Shown: positions 17,441 to 27,278, counted from the stretch's first letter. The stretch is DNA of 64,000 bases from an uncultured Spirochaetota bacterium (GCA_963768055.1 CAVYGN010000001.1:96001-160000), one strand, 5' to 3'. The notes: generated from the letters alone by a model not told the origin. Numbers and translations are program-made.

Positions 17441-19136
17441 TATCCGCCGGATCCCCCTGATAAATATCGCTATTCGCCTGGTTGACCGCGGTGAATTCGT
17501 AGGTCTTGTAACCGCCGGACAGATTAAAAACACTATCGAAGCCGCTCTGGGTCAGGATACGTGCGGCAGTATAAGCCCTTAAACCAACTCCGCAGAATAC
17601 TATGATCTTCTTATCCTTAGGCAATTCGGGAAGGCGCCCCCGGATTTCATCAACCGGAATATTTACCGCGTCTTCGATGGTCCCTTTCCTGTATTCCTCT
17701 TCCGTCCTGACATCCACCAGGATTGTTTTAGAGGGATCCCGACTCATTATATCGTACCATTGAACAATTTTTACTTTTCCTTTAAGGATATTATCCGCTG
17801 TAAAACCGGCTATATTGACGGGATCTTTTGCGGACGAATAAGGAGGAGCGTAGCTTTGTTCCATCATCTCAAGATCGTAAACGGTTTTACCGTTCAAGAG
17901 AAAAGCGGCGATGACGTCGATCCTTTTATCTACCCCTCTGTACCCGACGATCTGGGCGCCCAGGATTTTTCCATCATCGGGAGAAAAAAGTATTTTGATA
18001 GACATGGGGGCCGCATTCGGGTAATAGAGAGCATGGGAAGAGCTGTGTGTTATCGATGCCATATACGGAATGTTTTCCCTTCTGAGAAGTTTTTCGGAAG
18101 CGCCAGCCGATGCAACTGCAAGGTCGAACACCTTCACAATAGCCGTTCCTATAGAGCCGATATATTTCGAATTATTTCCGTAAACGATATTGTCGGCGGC
18201 AATCCTTCCCTGCTTATTGGCAGGCCCGGCAAGGGGCATCAAAACCTTTTTGCCGATTACCGGGTTGGTAACTTCTATCGCATCCCCCACCGCATATATA
18301 TCGAGATCGCTTGTCTGAAGATATTCGTTTACCTCAATTCCCCCGAGTTCTCCGGTTTTAAGCCCCGATTCCCGGGCCAGTTTGATTTCCGGTTTAACTC
18401 CGATAGATATTATTGCCATGTCCGCGAAGAGTTCCTTTCCGCCGCCCAGGACAACGGATAATCTGTTTTCCCCGGGGTTTTTAAATGCTTTAACGCCCTC
18501 CTTAAGGAACAATTCCACTTTCTTCGTTTTTAAATGATGATGGATCATTGAAGCCATTTCGAAATCCAGAATGTTCATGACCTGATCGGACATTTCGACT
18601 ATTGTTACTAAAACCCCTCTTTTCTCAAGTGTTTCAGCCATTTCAAGACCGATAAAGCCGGCCCCTACGATAACCGCCCTTTCCGGTTTTTTAGTATCGA
18701 TAAAATCTTTTATGGAATCGGTATCCTGAATGCTCCTGAGCGTAAAAATACCTTCGCCGTCTATTCCCGGGATAGGGGGAATTACAGGTTCGGCCCCCGG
18801 TGAAACAACTAATTTATCATATTTTTCACTATAAACTTCCCCTGAACCGGTTTTTTTTACTTCGATTGTCTTTACGGCCCTGTTTATTTTAATAATATCG
18901 GATTTCAGGCGTACATCCACATTGAACCTTGCCTTGAAACCTTCCGGGGTCTGAACGAAAAGATCGTCCCTGTCGGGGATCACTCCGCTTATATAATACG
19001 GCAACCCGCAATTTGCATATGAAATATAATCCCCCCTCTCGAAAAGGACGATATCCGCTTTTTCATCGTTTCTTCTGAGCCTTGCGGCGGCCGTCGCTCC
19101 CCCGGCTACTCCGCCTACTATTAAATACCTGGACAT
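17433..19136 (-). CDS. CoA-disulfide reductase-like flavoprotein with rhodanese domain
   Basis: GGVAGG, SYANCGLPY, GAGFIGLE, SYAPPYSSAKDP; rhodanese DVRT...FCGVGLR. Confidence 0.92.
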   Translation of the reverse strand: MSRYLIVGGVAGGATAAARLRRNDEKADIVLFERGDYISYANCGLPYYISGVIPDRDDLFVQTPEGFKARFNVDVRLKSDIIKINRAVKTIEVKKTGSGEVYSEKYDKLVVSPGAEPVIPPIPGIDGEGIFTLRSIQDTDSIKDFIDTKKPERAVIVGAGFIGLEMAETLEKRGVLVTIVEMSDQVMNILDFEMASMIHHHLKTKKVELFLKEGVKAFKNPGENRLSVVLGGGKELFADMAIISIGVKPEIKLARESGLKTGELGGIEVNEYLQTSDLDIYAVGDAIEVTNPVIGKKVLMPLAGPANKQGRIAADNIVYGNNSKYIGSIGTAIVKVFDLAVASAGASEKLLRRENIPYMASITHSSSHALYYPNAAPMSIKILFSPDDGKILGAQIVGYRGVDKRIDVIAAFLLNGKTVYDLEMMEQSYAPPYSSAKDPVNIAGFTADNILKGKVKIVQWYDIMSRDPSKTILVDVRTEEEYRKGTIEDAVNIPVDEIRGRLPELPKDKKIIVFCGVGLRAYTAARILTQSGFDSVFNLSGGYKTYEFTAVNQANSDIYQGDPADIT

Positions 19137-19241
19137 AAGAAATTCCTCCTGAAAACATTAAATACAGTACTTAGAATTGAATATAATTATTAAATGAAGA
19201 AATTGCAAAGTCATTTTATAACCTTGAAAAATATAAAAAAT

Positions 19242-19294
19242 TCCCTCGCCAGTTTAATTGTAATAATAGTCAAGCCGGATAGACTGGCGAGGGA
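19242..19294 (-). terminator. Probable intrinsic terminator (long loop)
   Basis: 12-bp IR TCCCTCGCCAGT/ACTGGCGAGGGA followed by a T-run on the minus strand. Confidence 0.55.
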
Positions 19295-19317
19295 CAATTT
19301 ATAGGGAGGAAAGATTT

Positions 19318-20241
19318 TTATCTGAACCTGGCCCTCTCATCCAGGGGGATAAGTAAAATCACTATCCTTCTGTTTTGGGCCTTCCCTTCCTCGGTATCGT
19401 TCGAAGCAACCGGATTATACTCGCCGTACCCGGTCGCTTTTAACAGGGTGGGATCGATACCCTGGCTTTGCAGATAACGAACGATCGTTGTCGCCCTTGC
19501 AGTGGAAAGTTCCCAGTTTGATGGAAATTTCCACCGATAGCCAGGAGCTATCGGAACATTATCAGTATAACCCTCAATGCGGATCTGTTTATTTGTAATA
19601 CTTTTTAATACCTTTGCCACTTTATCAAGGGTTCTCTTACCGCTGTTTTTAATGTCGGCGCTGCCCGAATCGAAGAAAATTTTATCCTGGAAATCTACGC
19701 TTAACATGTCGCCCATTTGCTTGATTTTTAAATCTCCGCTAGCAATTTCTATCTGCATAGCTGCTTCGAGTTTATTATGGGTTTCAGTAATGTTGGATAT
19801 TTCCTGGTTTTTTTCCTGAAGAAGCTTTGCCTGCTCTGCCGATAGGGATTTGATCGTCTTTTGCAGATCATTTATTTGTCCATCCCTATTGCTTATCTCA
19901 TTTTGCAAATATGATTTCTTTAGATTGTTGTCTTTAATGGACTCATTCAAACTGTCAATTTGCTTTCCCAGTGCGCTTTTCGTCGAGTCTACAAGATTCT
20001 TTAAAGCGATATTATCATTTGAGTATATTGCAGCCTGCTTCTGAAGACTATCCCTCTGATCCTGAAGGGAAGCTATATCGTTTTTCCGTTGATTCAGATC
20101 GTTCGCCAGATTCTGGTTTTCTGCCGTCAGATTATCGTTATCCGCCTTTAACTTGGCAAACTCTTCAGGTTTTATAGATGAACAACTGCCCAGAATTATA
20201 AGTAAAGATGAAAGTGATGCGAGCCATAAAAATTGTTTCAT
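19318..20241 (-). CDS. MotB/OmpA-domain peptidoglycan-binding lipoprotein with coiled coil
   Basis: Lipobox LGSC; FFDSGSA, IEGYTD, SNWELSTARA, NRRIVI motifs. Confidence 0.88.
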   Translation of the reverse strand: MKQFLWLASLSSLLIILGSCSSIKPEEFAKLKADNDNLTAENQNLANDLNQRKNDIASLQDQRDSLQKQAAIYSNDNIALKNLVDSTKSALGKQIDSLNESIKDNNLKKSYLQNEISNRDGQINDLQKTIKSLSAEQAKLLQEKNQEISNITETHNKLEAAMQIEIASGDLKIKQMGDMLSVDFQDKIFFDSGSADIKNSGKRTLDKVAKVLKSITNKQIRIEGYTDNVPIAPGYRWKFPSNWELSTARATTIVRYLQSQGIDPTLLKATGYGEYNPVASNDTEEGKAQNRRIVILLIPLDERARFR

Positions 20242-20635
20242 ATAAACCTCCTTTGGATTTATCTTTATTTTACTAACGATTGTAACAGGAGTAATCAGGA
20301 ATATTTACTGATTTATGAATATCATGCTCAGGAAATTAAACTGATTTTTAATAAAAAGCGTAGGGGATTATTACTGATTGGCATTATTTACCGAATGAAT
20401 CGACCATCTTTATTAATTCATTTTTATTCTTTGAACCTGTTTTCTGATAAATATGATAAACATGTGTTTCGACGGTTTTATTCGAGATGAAAAGCTTGTC
20501 TGAAATTTCCTTATAACTGTATCTTTGTACCAGAAGTTCAAGTATATCGCATTCCCTTTTCGATATTTTATGTTTTTCAGCAAATTCTTTAATGGGGGTA
20601 ACAACATCATAGCTGTAACCAGGGGCAAAGTAGCT

Positions 20636-20795
20636 CTATATTGGGAATTTCTTAATAACTTCATTATATTTCTCTTGAGCCTCGACTATAGAAAGTTTTG
20701 AATATATCTCGAGCGTCTTTCGGCTCTCATGTCCGCTATAAGGTTGTATCAAAGCATCATCAATACCTTGCTTTTTGAGCCATGTGAAAAGGAAA
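20636..20795 (-). pseudogene. Tyrosine recombinase C-terminal fragment
   Basis: [34 protein letters not shown] resembles box II (xGH...catalytic Y); stop codon abuts the left IR. Confidence 0.8.
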
Positions 20796-20876
20796 GCCCG
20801 TGGATTGAAACTGGAAAGACACATATTCTATCGCCGCCCCCATCGTCGGGCCCCACGCGGGCCCGTGGATTGAAAC
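20796..20876 (+). CRISPR. CRISPR mini-array remnant, type I-C-like repeat
   Basis: Half repeat GCCCGTGGATTGAAAC (20796-20811), 33-nt spacer (20812-20844), full 32-nt repeat GTCGGGCCCCACGCGGGCCCGTGGATTGAAAC (20845-20876) with internal hairpin and ATTGAAAC end. Confidence 0.82.
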
Positions 20877-22261
20877 CATTAAGGTAATCCGAATGTTTAA
20901 TTCACGGAACATAAAAAAATCATCCGGTAGATTAATTGAAAGCTACTTTGCCCCTGGTTACAGCTATGATGTTGTTACCCCTAATGGGCAGTCCGGGCTC
21001 TTCCTTTATTTTTCCGGGCACTGTGATATATAGATAATAAGTATTAACGATAGTAAACAATAATATTCCATAACCGAGGGTATCCTGCTGGCCGATAAAT
21101 AAGACTGTCAGGCTGATCGTATAAATTTTATTCTGGATAATATAAATCAGATATGAAAATAGCAGGATTGAAGAGCTCAATAAAAACACAATGGATTTCA
21201 ATCGGTCTTTTTTAATAAAATAAGCTGAAATAAATATATTGAATGCCAGGCCGGCCAATAATAAAATGTAATAAATCGATAGAATGTAATTAAGCGATAC
21301 CCAGTTAACCGGTAAGGTTAATGATATGATTATTAGTATAAAAACAGCGGAAATGATCCTGAAGATAGCCCTGCTTTGACTTTTAAAAAAAAGATATATG
21401 AACAGGGCGTTTATAAGGAACAGTTTTGCATAAAGTAAAATTATTTGTATTTTAATAAGCAAATCGGCTGAAATATCCGAAAGAAAATTAAGAGTTTCTC
21501 CCCTGCCGACTAAATTCAGGGCCTGGATAAATGCAAATAAACTCAGTATCAAAAAAGCGTAATTTTTCCTGTTCCCGAGCAGTAAGAGTAAATTAAAGAT
21601 AAAAATCAGCAATAGCGCCCCGTCTATAATGCCTTCCCTGAATAATATCAGCCATCTATGTTCCCGGATGTCTTTTTCCAGTCCAATTAAAATAGTTTCC
21701 CTGATAATTTTGATATTCGAGTAATCAAAGATTTTTAAATATAATTTCAGCGGATTGAGATGATCCGGGACAGGCAGGATATTGCTTTTGTCGCGGTAAT
21801 TTACTTTCCACCTTGCGATGTAATTATAACCGTTTGAAAGTCCTATGTTATCGTTGATCCAGAAATAATAGGGGGAGAGGAGCGGAGGTATTAATAATGC
21901 TATGCTGTCCGCTTGATTCGAAGAAGACCCTTTTTCCGGGAGGATAATTTTTATATAAAACTCAGCGGAATCGTTTTCTTTATCATAATATGACGGATTA
22001 AGATCTTGATCAGGCCCGTCGGATATTTTAACTATCCCGTCTTTATTGAAGTCCCAGTGAGACAGGTCGAGCGTCCCTTTTTCAATAAAGGGCATTGTAT
22101 CAGCACTGGCGTTCCCGCAGAAAATCATAAGAACTAAAATAAAAGATAACTTAAATAATCCCATTTGAACCCGTCTGATTTTATCCCATAAGTAATCGAT
22201 CTATTTTAAAGAGTATGAATGGATTAATCAAATGTGTTCAGATATTGTAATATATAAAAGA

Positions 22262-22289
22262 ATCCCGGAAGTTCAAAAACTTCCGGGAT
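22262..22289 (-). terminator. Intrinsic terminator hairpin
   Basis: ATCCCGGAAGTT/AACTTCCGGGAT 12-bp stem after stop at 22306. Confidence 0.7.
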
Positions 22290-22305
22290 GATTAGAGATA
22301 TATAA

Positions 22306-22974
22306 TTATTTAAATTTCGCCCTGGTATCCAGAGGGACCAATTGGACTTCTATTCTTCTATTCTGGGCCTTTCCTTCAGGTGTTGCATTCGAGGCGACCG
22401 GGTTGAATTTTCCGTATCCGGCCGACTTGATCATATCCGGTTTAATCCCCTTTTCAACAAGATACCTCACTACTGCATCAGCCCTCGCGGTTGAAAGCTC
22501 CCAGTTGGATGGAAATTTCCACTGGTATGCCGTGGCTATAGGTACATCGTCGGTGTACCCTTCAACCCGTATAAGCCTATCATTGATAGGTACAAGAGTT
22601 TTAACGATATCGTCAAGGGCTTTTTTCCCCTCCGGCTTAATGACATCGCTTCCTTCATCGAAGAAAATATCGCTTAAAAATGTGACTTTTACACTGTTTT
22701 GCAGAGCGGTGATCGTCGATTCCTTTGCCGCTAGCTGGTCCTGAAGGTCTTTTATAAGATTGCTGTAACTTGAAGCATCGGATCCCTTCGGCTGGTTTGA
22801 AAGCTGCGATGACAGGCTCGCTATCTTTTCGTTCAACGCGTCGATCTGCTTGTCCTTTGCGCTTAACTGGTCCTTAAGACCGGCTGTCTCGTCGGGTTTA
22901 GTGCTTTGCTGTGCGCAGCTGAACAAAAAGAATAATCCTGCAGATAACGCAAATATCTGGATTTTACTTTTCAT
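22306..22974 (-). CDS. MotB/OmpA-domain lipoprotein (paralog of 19318-20241)
   Basis: Lipobox LFSC; FFDEGSD, VEGYTD, WKFPSNWELSTARA, NRRIEV. Confidence 0.88.
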   Translation of the reverse strand: MKSKIQIFALSAGLFFLFSCAQQSTKPDETAGLKDQLSAKDKQIDALNEKIASLSSQLSNQPKGSDASSYSNLIKDLQDQLAAKESTITALQNSVKVTFLSDIFFDEGSDVIKPEGKKALDDIVKTLVPINDRLIRVEGYTDDVPIATAYQWKFPSNWELSTARADAVVRYLVEKGIKPDMIKSAGYGKFNPVASNATPEGKAQNRRIEVQLVPLDTRAKFK

Positions 22975-23235
22975 AAAATACCTCCTTTTATGAATAATAA
23001 AACAAATTTTATAATGATCATTTCTGTATAAATATTAAAATTTAAACAGTTATGCGCAATCAGGAAAATTTACTGAATTTCATTTAAACCGCTCAGTAAT
23101 TTTTACTGATTTTTGCTTACCGGGGTTTAAGCCGGAAATTTATCTGAATTTTTGCTTGAAAATTTGCGATTTTATGAATATAATTCTATAAAAGAAACGT
23201 TATATAAATGAAAATATAAAAAAAACGGAGGAAAT

Positions 23236-23952
23236 ATGAAAAGAGTTATATCGCTTCTATTTATATTCCTGTTAACGGCCGTGTGCCTTTATGCGCGGAA
23301 TGTGAATTTACTGATGAACGACGGATCGGTAATAAAAGGCGAATTGATCGGTAAAACAGCGGATAGCGTTTATGTAAAGGATACCAATGACCAGACGATC
23401 ACGGTTCAAAAAGCCGATATAAAATCGGCATTCGACCAGGATACGGGAGATGAAATTGACCTTACTGCGGTCAATACCGAGACGGCCCCCCAGGATAACA
23501 GTTCAGCGAACGACGTTGTTACAAATGCGATAGAGCCTGAGCCGCAACTTGTTGTAATACCCGGGACATATGTTTATTATTACCCCTACGGAGGCGCCGA
23601 CTGCTTCTACTACGGGGGATATTGGTGGAGGCCCTGGCATGGCTTTTGGTACCGTTCCACTGTATATAACGGCGGCTGGGCTGTCATAAGCCCGAGATAC
23701 GTACCGACTTATGTGTCCCATCTTCCCGGAAACTGGAGGGGAAGGATCGCCGCCGCTCCCAGGATCGGATGGGGTGAAGCCAGGAGCAACTGGAGAGAAT
23801 GGCAGAGGACGGGTTATTGGGCTAATCATGGCTGGAAAAGGGAAGGGGTAGTAAGGCCGGGCAACGGCAATGGCGAAGTCAGAAGACAGCCTGCAGAAAA
23901 TAGAGAAAAACCCAGGGAGGGCAAAGGGGAAAAGAAGGAAGAAAGAAACTAA
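23236..23952 (+). CDS. Secreted hypothetical protein with Trp/Tyr/Gly-rich domain
   Basis: GGAGG RBS, signal peptide, VVIPGTYVYY...FYYGGYWWRPW region, charged tail. Confidence 0.75.
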   Translation: MKRVISLLFIFLLTAVCLYARNVNLLMNDGSVIKGELIGKTADSVYVKDTNDQTITVQKADIKSAFDQDTGDEIDLTAVNTETAPQDNSSANDVVTNAIEPEPQLVVIPGTYVYYYPYGGADCFYYGGYWWRPWHGFWYRSTVYNGGWAVISPRYVPTYVSHLPGNWRGRIAAAPRIGWGEARSNWREWQRTGYWANHGWKREGVVRPGNGNGEVRRQPAENREKPREGKGEKKEERN

Positions 23953-23958
23953 AAGCCT

Positions 23959-25116
23959 TTATACCGGTTCAGAGGGGCGGAACGTCCTGGAAGGGCGGAA
24001 CGTCCTGAGAGGGCGTCCTGATTTTATATGTGCAGCTAAACGGGTTAGTTCCGGAAGGCTGTGCTTGAAAAAACCTTTATAGGCCGGGCAAAGGTAGTTA
24101 AGCCCTCCGATACGGTCTTTAGGGCAGCCCCCATTGCAGTAAGAAAGTATTTCACAGTTTCTGCAAACAAGGGGTAGTTTATCCCGTTTATCTTTTCCGA
24201 ACCTGATCAAGTCAGGATCTGTGGCCAGATCTTTAAGGGTCCGGTTATAAATATTTCCAATAAGATGGTCGTTATCGACATAGTGGTCGCAAGCATAGAA
24301 GTTTCCATTATGTTCAAGGACCGCCGCACTTCCGCAAGTTTCCCTGTGAATGCACAAAGCATGGGGTATCCCGTAAACCGGCCTAAGCGCCTCGTCGAAA
24401 GTTTGTATAACTATTTTACCGACATCCTCGCTTATCCACCTGTCAAAAACAGAACAAAGAAATGTTTCCAACAAACGGGGACTGACAGTAAGGCCGCTAA
24501 CACCGCCCCCTTCCAAAACCCTCACCAGTGGAAGGAACTGGATATATGAGGCCCCTATATTCCGGAAGAAATCATATACCCTGTAAGGCTCGTTTGCATT
24601 ATCCGAATTGAGAACGCAGAGAACATTGCAGAAGACATTGTGTTTTTTAAGTAATTGAAAGGCATTGACAACTATTGAGTGAGTCGGCCTCCCTGTGGAG
24701 GTTTTTCTGTATTTATCATGAAGGTCCTCAGGGCCGTCAATTGATAAGCCTACTGAAAAACCTTCACCGGATAAAAATCCGGCCCAGTCTTCATCGATCA
24801 AAAGCCCGTTAGTCTGCAAGCCGTTTGTGATAATTCTTCCCCCGGGCTTATTTTTCCCCTGGATACGAGTTATCATTTTGAAATAATCCAGCCCTAATAG
24901 TGTGGGTTCTCCGCCATGCCACTCGAAATGGGTTGAAGGCCCTGGAGAAGCCTCGATACGCTCTGAAATATACCTTTCCAGAAGCTCTTCCGTCATCCGG
25001 CGAGGTATTTCCGGGAAAAGAGATATTTTATCTAAATAATAACAATAAGCGCATCTCATATTGCAGGCAGGGCCGCAGGGTTTGGCCATGACGAGGTATT
25101 CGTATTGACTTTCCAT
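23959..25116 (-). CDS. Anaerobic sulfatase maturase-like radical SAM/SPASM protein
   Basis: CNMRCAYC, WHGGEPTL, SIDGP, YACDHYV, CxxCxxxxxCxGGCPK. Confidence 0.9.
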   Translation of the reverse strand: MESQYEYLVMAKPCGPACNMRCAYCYYLDKISLFPEIPRRMTEELLERYISERIEASPGPSTHFEWHGGEPTLLGLDYFKMITRIQGKNKPGGRIITNGLQTNGLLIDEDWAGFLSGEGFSVGLSIDGPEDLHDKYRKTSTGRPTHSIVVNAFQLLKKHNVFCNVLCVLNSDNANEPYRVYDFFRNIGASYIQFLPLVRVLEGGGVSGLTVSPRLLETFLCSVFDRWISEDVGKIVIQTFDEALRPVYGIPHALCIHRETCGSAAVLEHNGNFYACDHYVDNDHLIGNIYNRTLKDLATDPDLIRFGKDKRDKLPLVCRNCEILSYCNGGCPKDRIGGLNYLCPAYKGFFKHSLPELTRLAAHIKSGRPLRTFRPSRTFRPSEPV

Positions 25117-25117
25117 T

Positions 25118-26185
25118 TTATAAAAGTGATTTGACCCATTCCCTTTTTTCAAGCAGCGCACATCCCGATATGCCTTTTAATTCCGGATGGTTGTCCCGGA
25201 TTTTGCGGAGAAAAGCTGAATTTAGCGCCTCTTTAAGGGAAAGATTTTTTAGATTGGAGTCCGAATAGGGTGAGAAGGGACAGGGTTCCAGGGATCCGTC
25301 AGCGCTGATATGCAGGAAACCCCTTCCGGCTGAAAGGCAGCCCTCGTATTGGCCTTCTTCACCTGGAAATTCGATAAAGATCCCGGGTATGGCCTTTCGC
25401 AGATCTTCGATACTTTTAAGAAAGATCCCTTTTTCATCGCTTGTAAGGGGGGGAATAGTCTGATTGTTCCCGTTCTGCTGGTATTCAACGAATATAAAAA
25501 CCCTTGCGCCGCTTTTATAAAGTCTTCTGATAAATTCAATGTCTGTAAGAAGTTTGAAATTATTCCGGGTCGCGGTCATCGAATGCCCGTAAAGTATTCC
25601 GGACTTTTTTAATAATAAAGATAATTTTTCTATTTTATTATAAACCCCGCTGCCCCTGCATTCATCAGTCTCATTTTCACCGCCTTCAAGGCTTATGACA
25701 GGTACGATATTTTTCTGTTTTTTCCAGTTCTTAATATTGCCTTCAGTTATTAAAAGTCCGTTTGTAAATAATGGAAAAAGGATGTGCGGGAAACCGGTAG
25801 TAAGCGACAGGATATCCGGCCGAGTCATAGGTTCTCCTCCGCTGATAAAAATGATCCTTGAACCTATATCCATGGCTTCTTTTAGAATATTCAGGAACAT
25901 GCCTTTTTCCATCCCGGCTCCCGCCGTATTTTCGCGGGGTTTGTTATAACAGCCCGTGCATTTGAGGTTGCAGCGATTGGTGATGCTTGTAATCAGGATC
26001 GGGGGGACTTCAAGCGACAGGGTTTTCCAATAATTTCTCCTTTTGATCGCAATAATCTGGCTGAAAAGCATTCCGATCATAAAAGGAAGATAAGAGGGAA
26101 AAATGAATGAAAGAGATGTCAGCTTCCTGAAAAAAAACAATATGTTCCTGTCCAGGATATTTTTAAAATTTTTGTTTTCGTTCAT
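25118..26185 (-). CDS. Radical SAM protein with Twitch/SPASM domain
   Basis: CNLKCTGC, GGEP, GCLSAGRGFLHISADGSLEPCPF. Confidence 0.88.
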   Translation of the reverse strand: MNENKNFKNILDRNILFFFRKLTSLSFIFPSYLPFMIGMLFSQIIAIKRRNYWKTLSLEVPPILITSITNRCNLKCTGCYNKPRENTAGAGMEKGMFLNILKEAMDIGSRIIFISGGEPMTRPDILSLTTGFPHILFPLFTNGLLITEGNIKNWKKQKNIVPVISLEGGENETDECRGSGVYNKIEKLSLLLKKSGILYGHSMTATRNNFKLLTDIEFIRRLYKSGARVFIFVEYQQNGNNQTIPPLTSDEKGIFLKSIEDLRKAIPGIFIEFPGEEGQYEGCLSAGRGFLHISADGSLEPCPFSPYSDSNLKNLSLKEALNSAFLRKIRDNHPELKGISGCALLEKREWVKSLL

Positions 26186-26285
26186 AAAAAGAAACGTCTC
26201 CGCGCTGAAATAGGTTTATTGACAATTAATAAATTGTCCAATTATATTAACCTCAAATTGTCTCTTTTTCAATCCGGCAAGAAAC

Positions 26286-26849
26286 TTATTGTTTTATTAT
26301 GCTTATCTTATTTATAACTACAGGTGTCAGAGGCATGTTATTGGCAGGGTCTGTCGGCACTTTGCCTATTGCCTGTACGACTGATAAGCCTTCGATAACC
26401 TTTCCGAAGACCGCATGCTTGCCGTCAAGCCATGGACATGGTACGAGGGTGATGAAGAACTGAGATCCTCCGGTATTGGGGCCGGCATTTGCCATTGACA
26501 GGATTCCAGGACCGCTATGCTTCAAATCTTTATTGAATTCATCATTGATGGTGTAACCCGGGCCGCCTGTTCCGTTTCCATTCGGGTCCCCTCCCTGGAT
26601 CATAAACTGGTCGATCACCCTATGGAAAATGAGACCGTTATAAAAACCTTTATTAACAAGGCTTATAAAATTTTTAGCCGTCAATGGGACTTTATCCTCG
26701 AAAAGTTCGATTTTAAAAGTTCCCATCGATGTTTCGAAAACTGCAATAGGGTTCATTTTTTTTCCTTTTTTAACGGAATCTTCCGCCGAATAAGATATTA
26801 CTGTAAATAAGCCGATTATGCAGATAAAGAGGGATATGCTTTTGATCAT
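26286..26849 (-). CDS. Cyclophilin-type peptidyl-prolyl isomerase with N-terminal signal sequence
   Basis: [43 protein letters not shown] 26849 with GGAG RBS. Confidence 0.93.
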   Translation of the reverse strand: MIKSISLFICIIGLFTVISYSAEDSVKKGKKMNPIAVFETSMGTFKIELFEDKVPLTAKNFISLVNKGFYNGLIFHRVIDQFMIQGGDPNGNGTGGPGYTINDEFNKDLKHSGPGILSMANAGPNTGGSQFFITLVPCPWLDGKHAVFGKVIEGLSVVQAIGKVPTDPANNMPLTPVVINKISIIKQ

Positions 26850-27010
26850 GAAATCGCTCCTGAAATGTGTGATATTCAGAAAGAGTATTATAAAATAAAG
26901 TTTTGATTTAATCAAAGTTCCTCGAAATGACATTACTGCCATCGAAAAGCGGCGACCGACGAGTTTGTAGTCGATAGTCAACAGTCGACACTCCCTTTAT
27001 TACCGAAATA

Positions 27011-27268
27011 AGACAATATGCGGTTCTATTTGAAGTTATTTTTTTCCGCGCCTTATGAAGATGGCATAGAGCCACCGGGCGAAAAACGGATAAAGGAAGC
27101 GCTTACCAGAGATTGTTTATTTTAATTAATTTATTCTTATATAATAAAAAATATCTTTAATAAAAAAGCATTCCATCAGCGCTTACATCCGTTTTGAACC
27201 CTTGTGGCTCAAGCCGTCGAATCCAGCGCGGAAAAAAGTACTTCAAAAATAAAACTGCATATTGATCT
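27011..27268. repeat. About 260-bp foldback MITE-like element, copy 1
   Basis: Imperfect palindromic arms; closely similar copy at 50161-50437. Confidence 0.85.
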
Positions 27269-27278
27269 GGTCGGCCCC

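Larger units (their letters stand above)
20595..20981. mobile_element. Non-autonomous Tn3-family-like miniature element (387 bp)
   Basis: Perfect 41-bp terminal IRs GGGGTAACAACATCATAGCTGTAACCAGGGGCAAAGTAGCT (20595-20635, 20941-20981); 5-bp TSD TAATG (20590-20594, 20982-20986). Confidence 0.92.
20384..22164 (-). pseudogene. Membrane sensor (7TM-DISM-like) with C-terminal LuxR HTH, interrupted by a 387-bp element
   Basis: Removing 20595-20981 plus one TAATG copy restores a 462-aa ORF ending ISKRECDILELLVQRYSYKEISDKLFISNKTVETHVYHIYQKTGSKNKNELIKMVDSFGK*; N-terminal GTLDLSHWDF and TM bundle. Confidence 0.88.

Noticed and set aside
20413..20664. 83-aa minus-strand ORF from the track
   Set aside because: Starts inside the element and reads the LuxR tail in the wrong frame; the real coding frame ends at 20384.
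20796..20824. Apparent N-terminus ([10 protein letters not shown]) of the 62-aa recombinase ORF
   Set aside because: It is the reverse complement of the CRISPR half repeat and spacer, not recombinase sequence.
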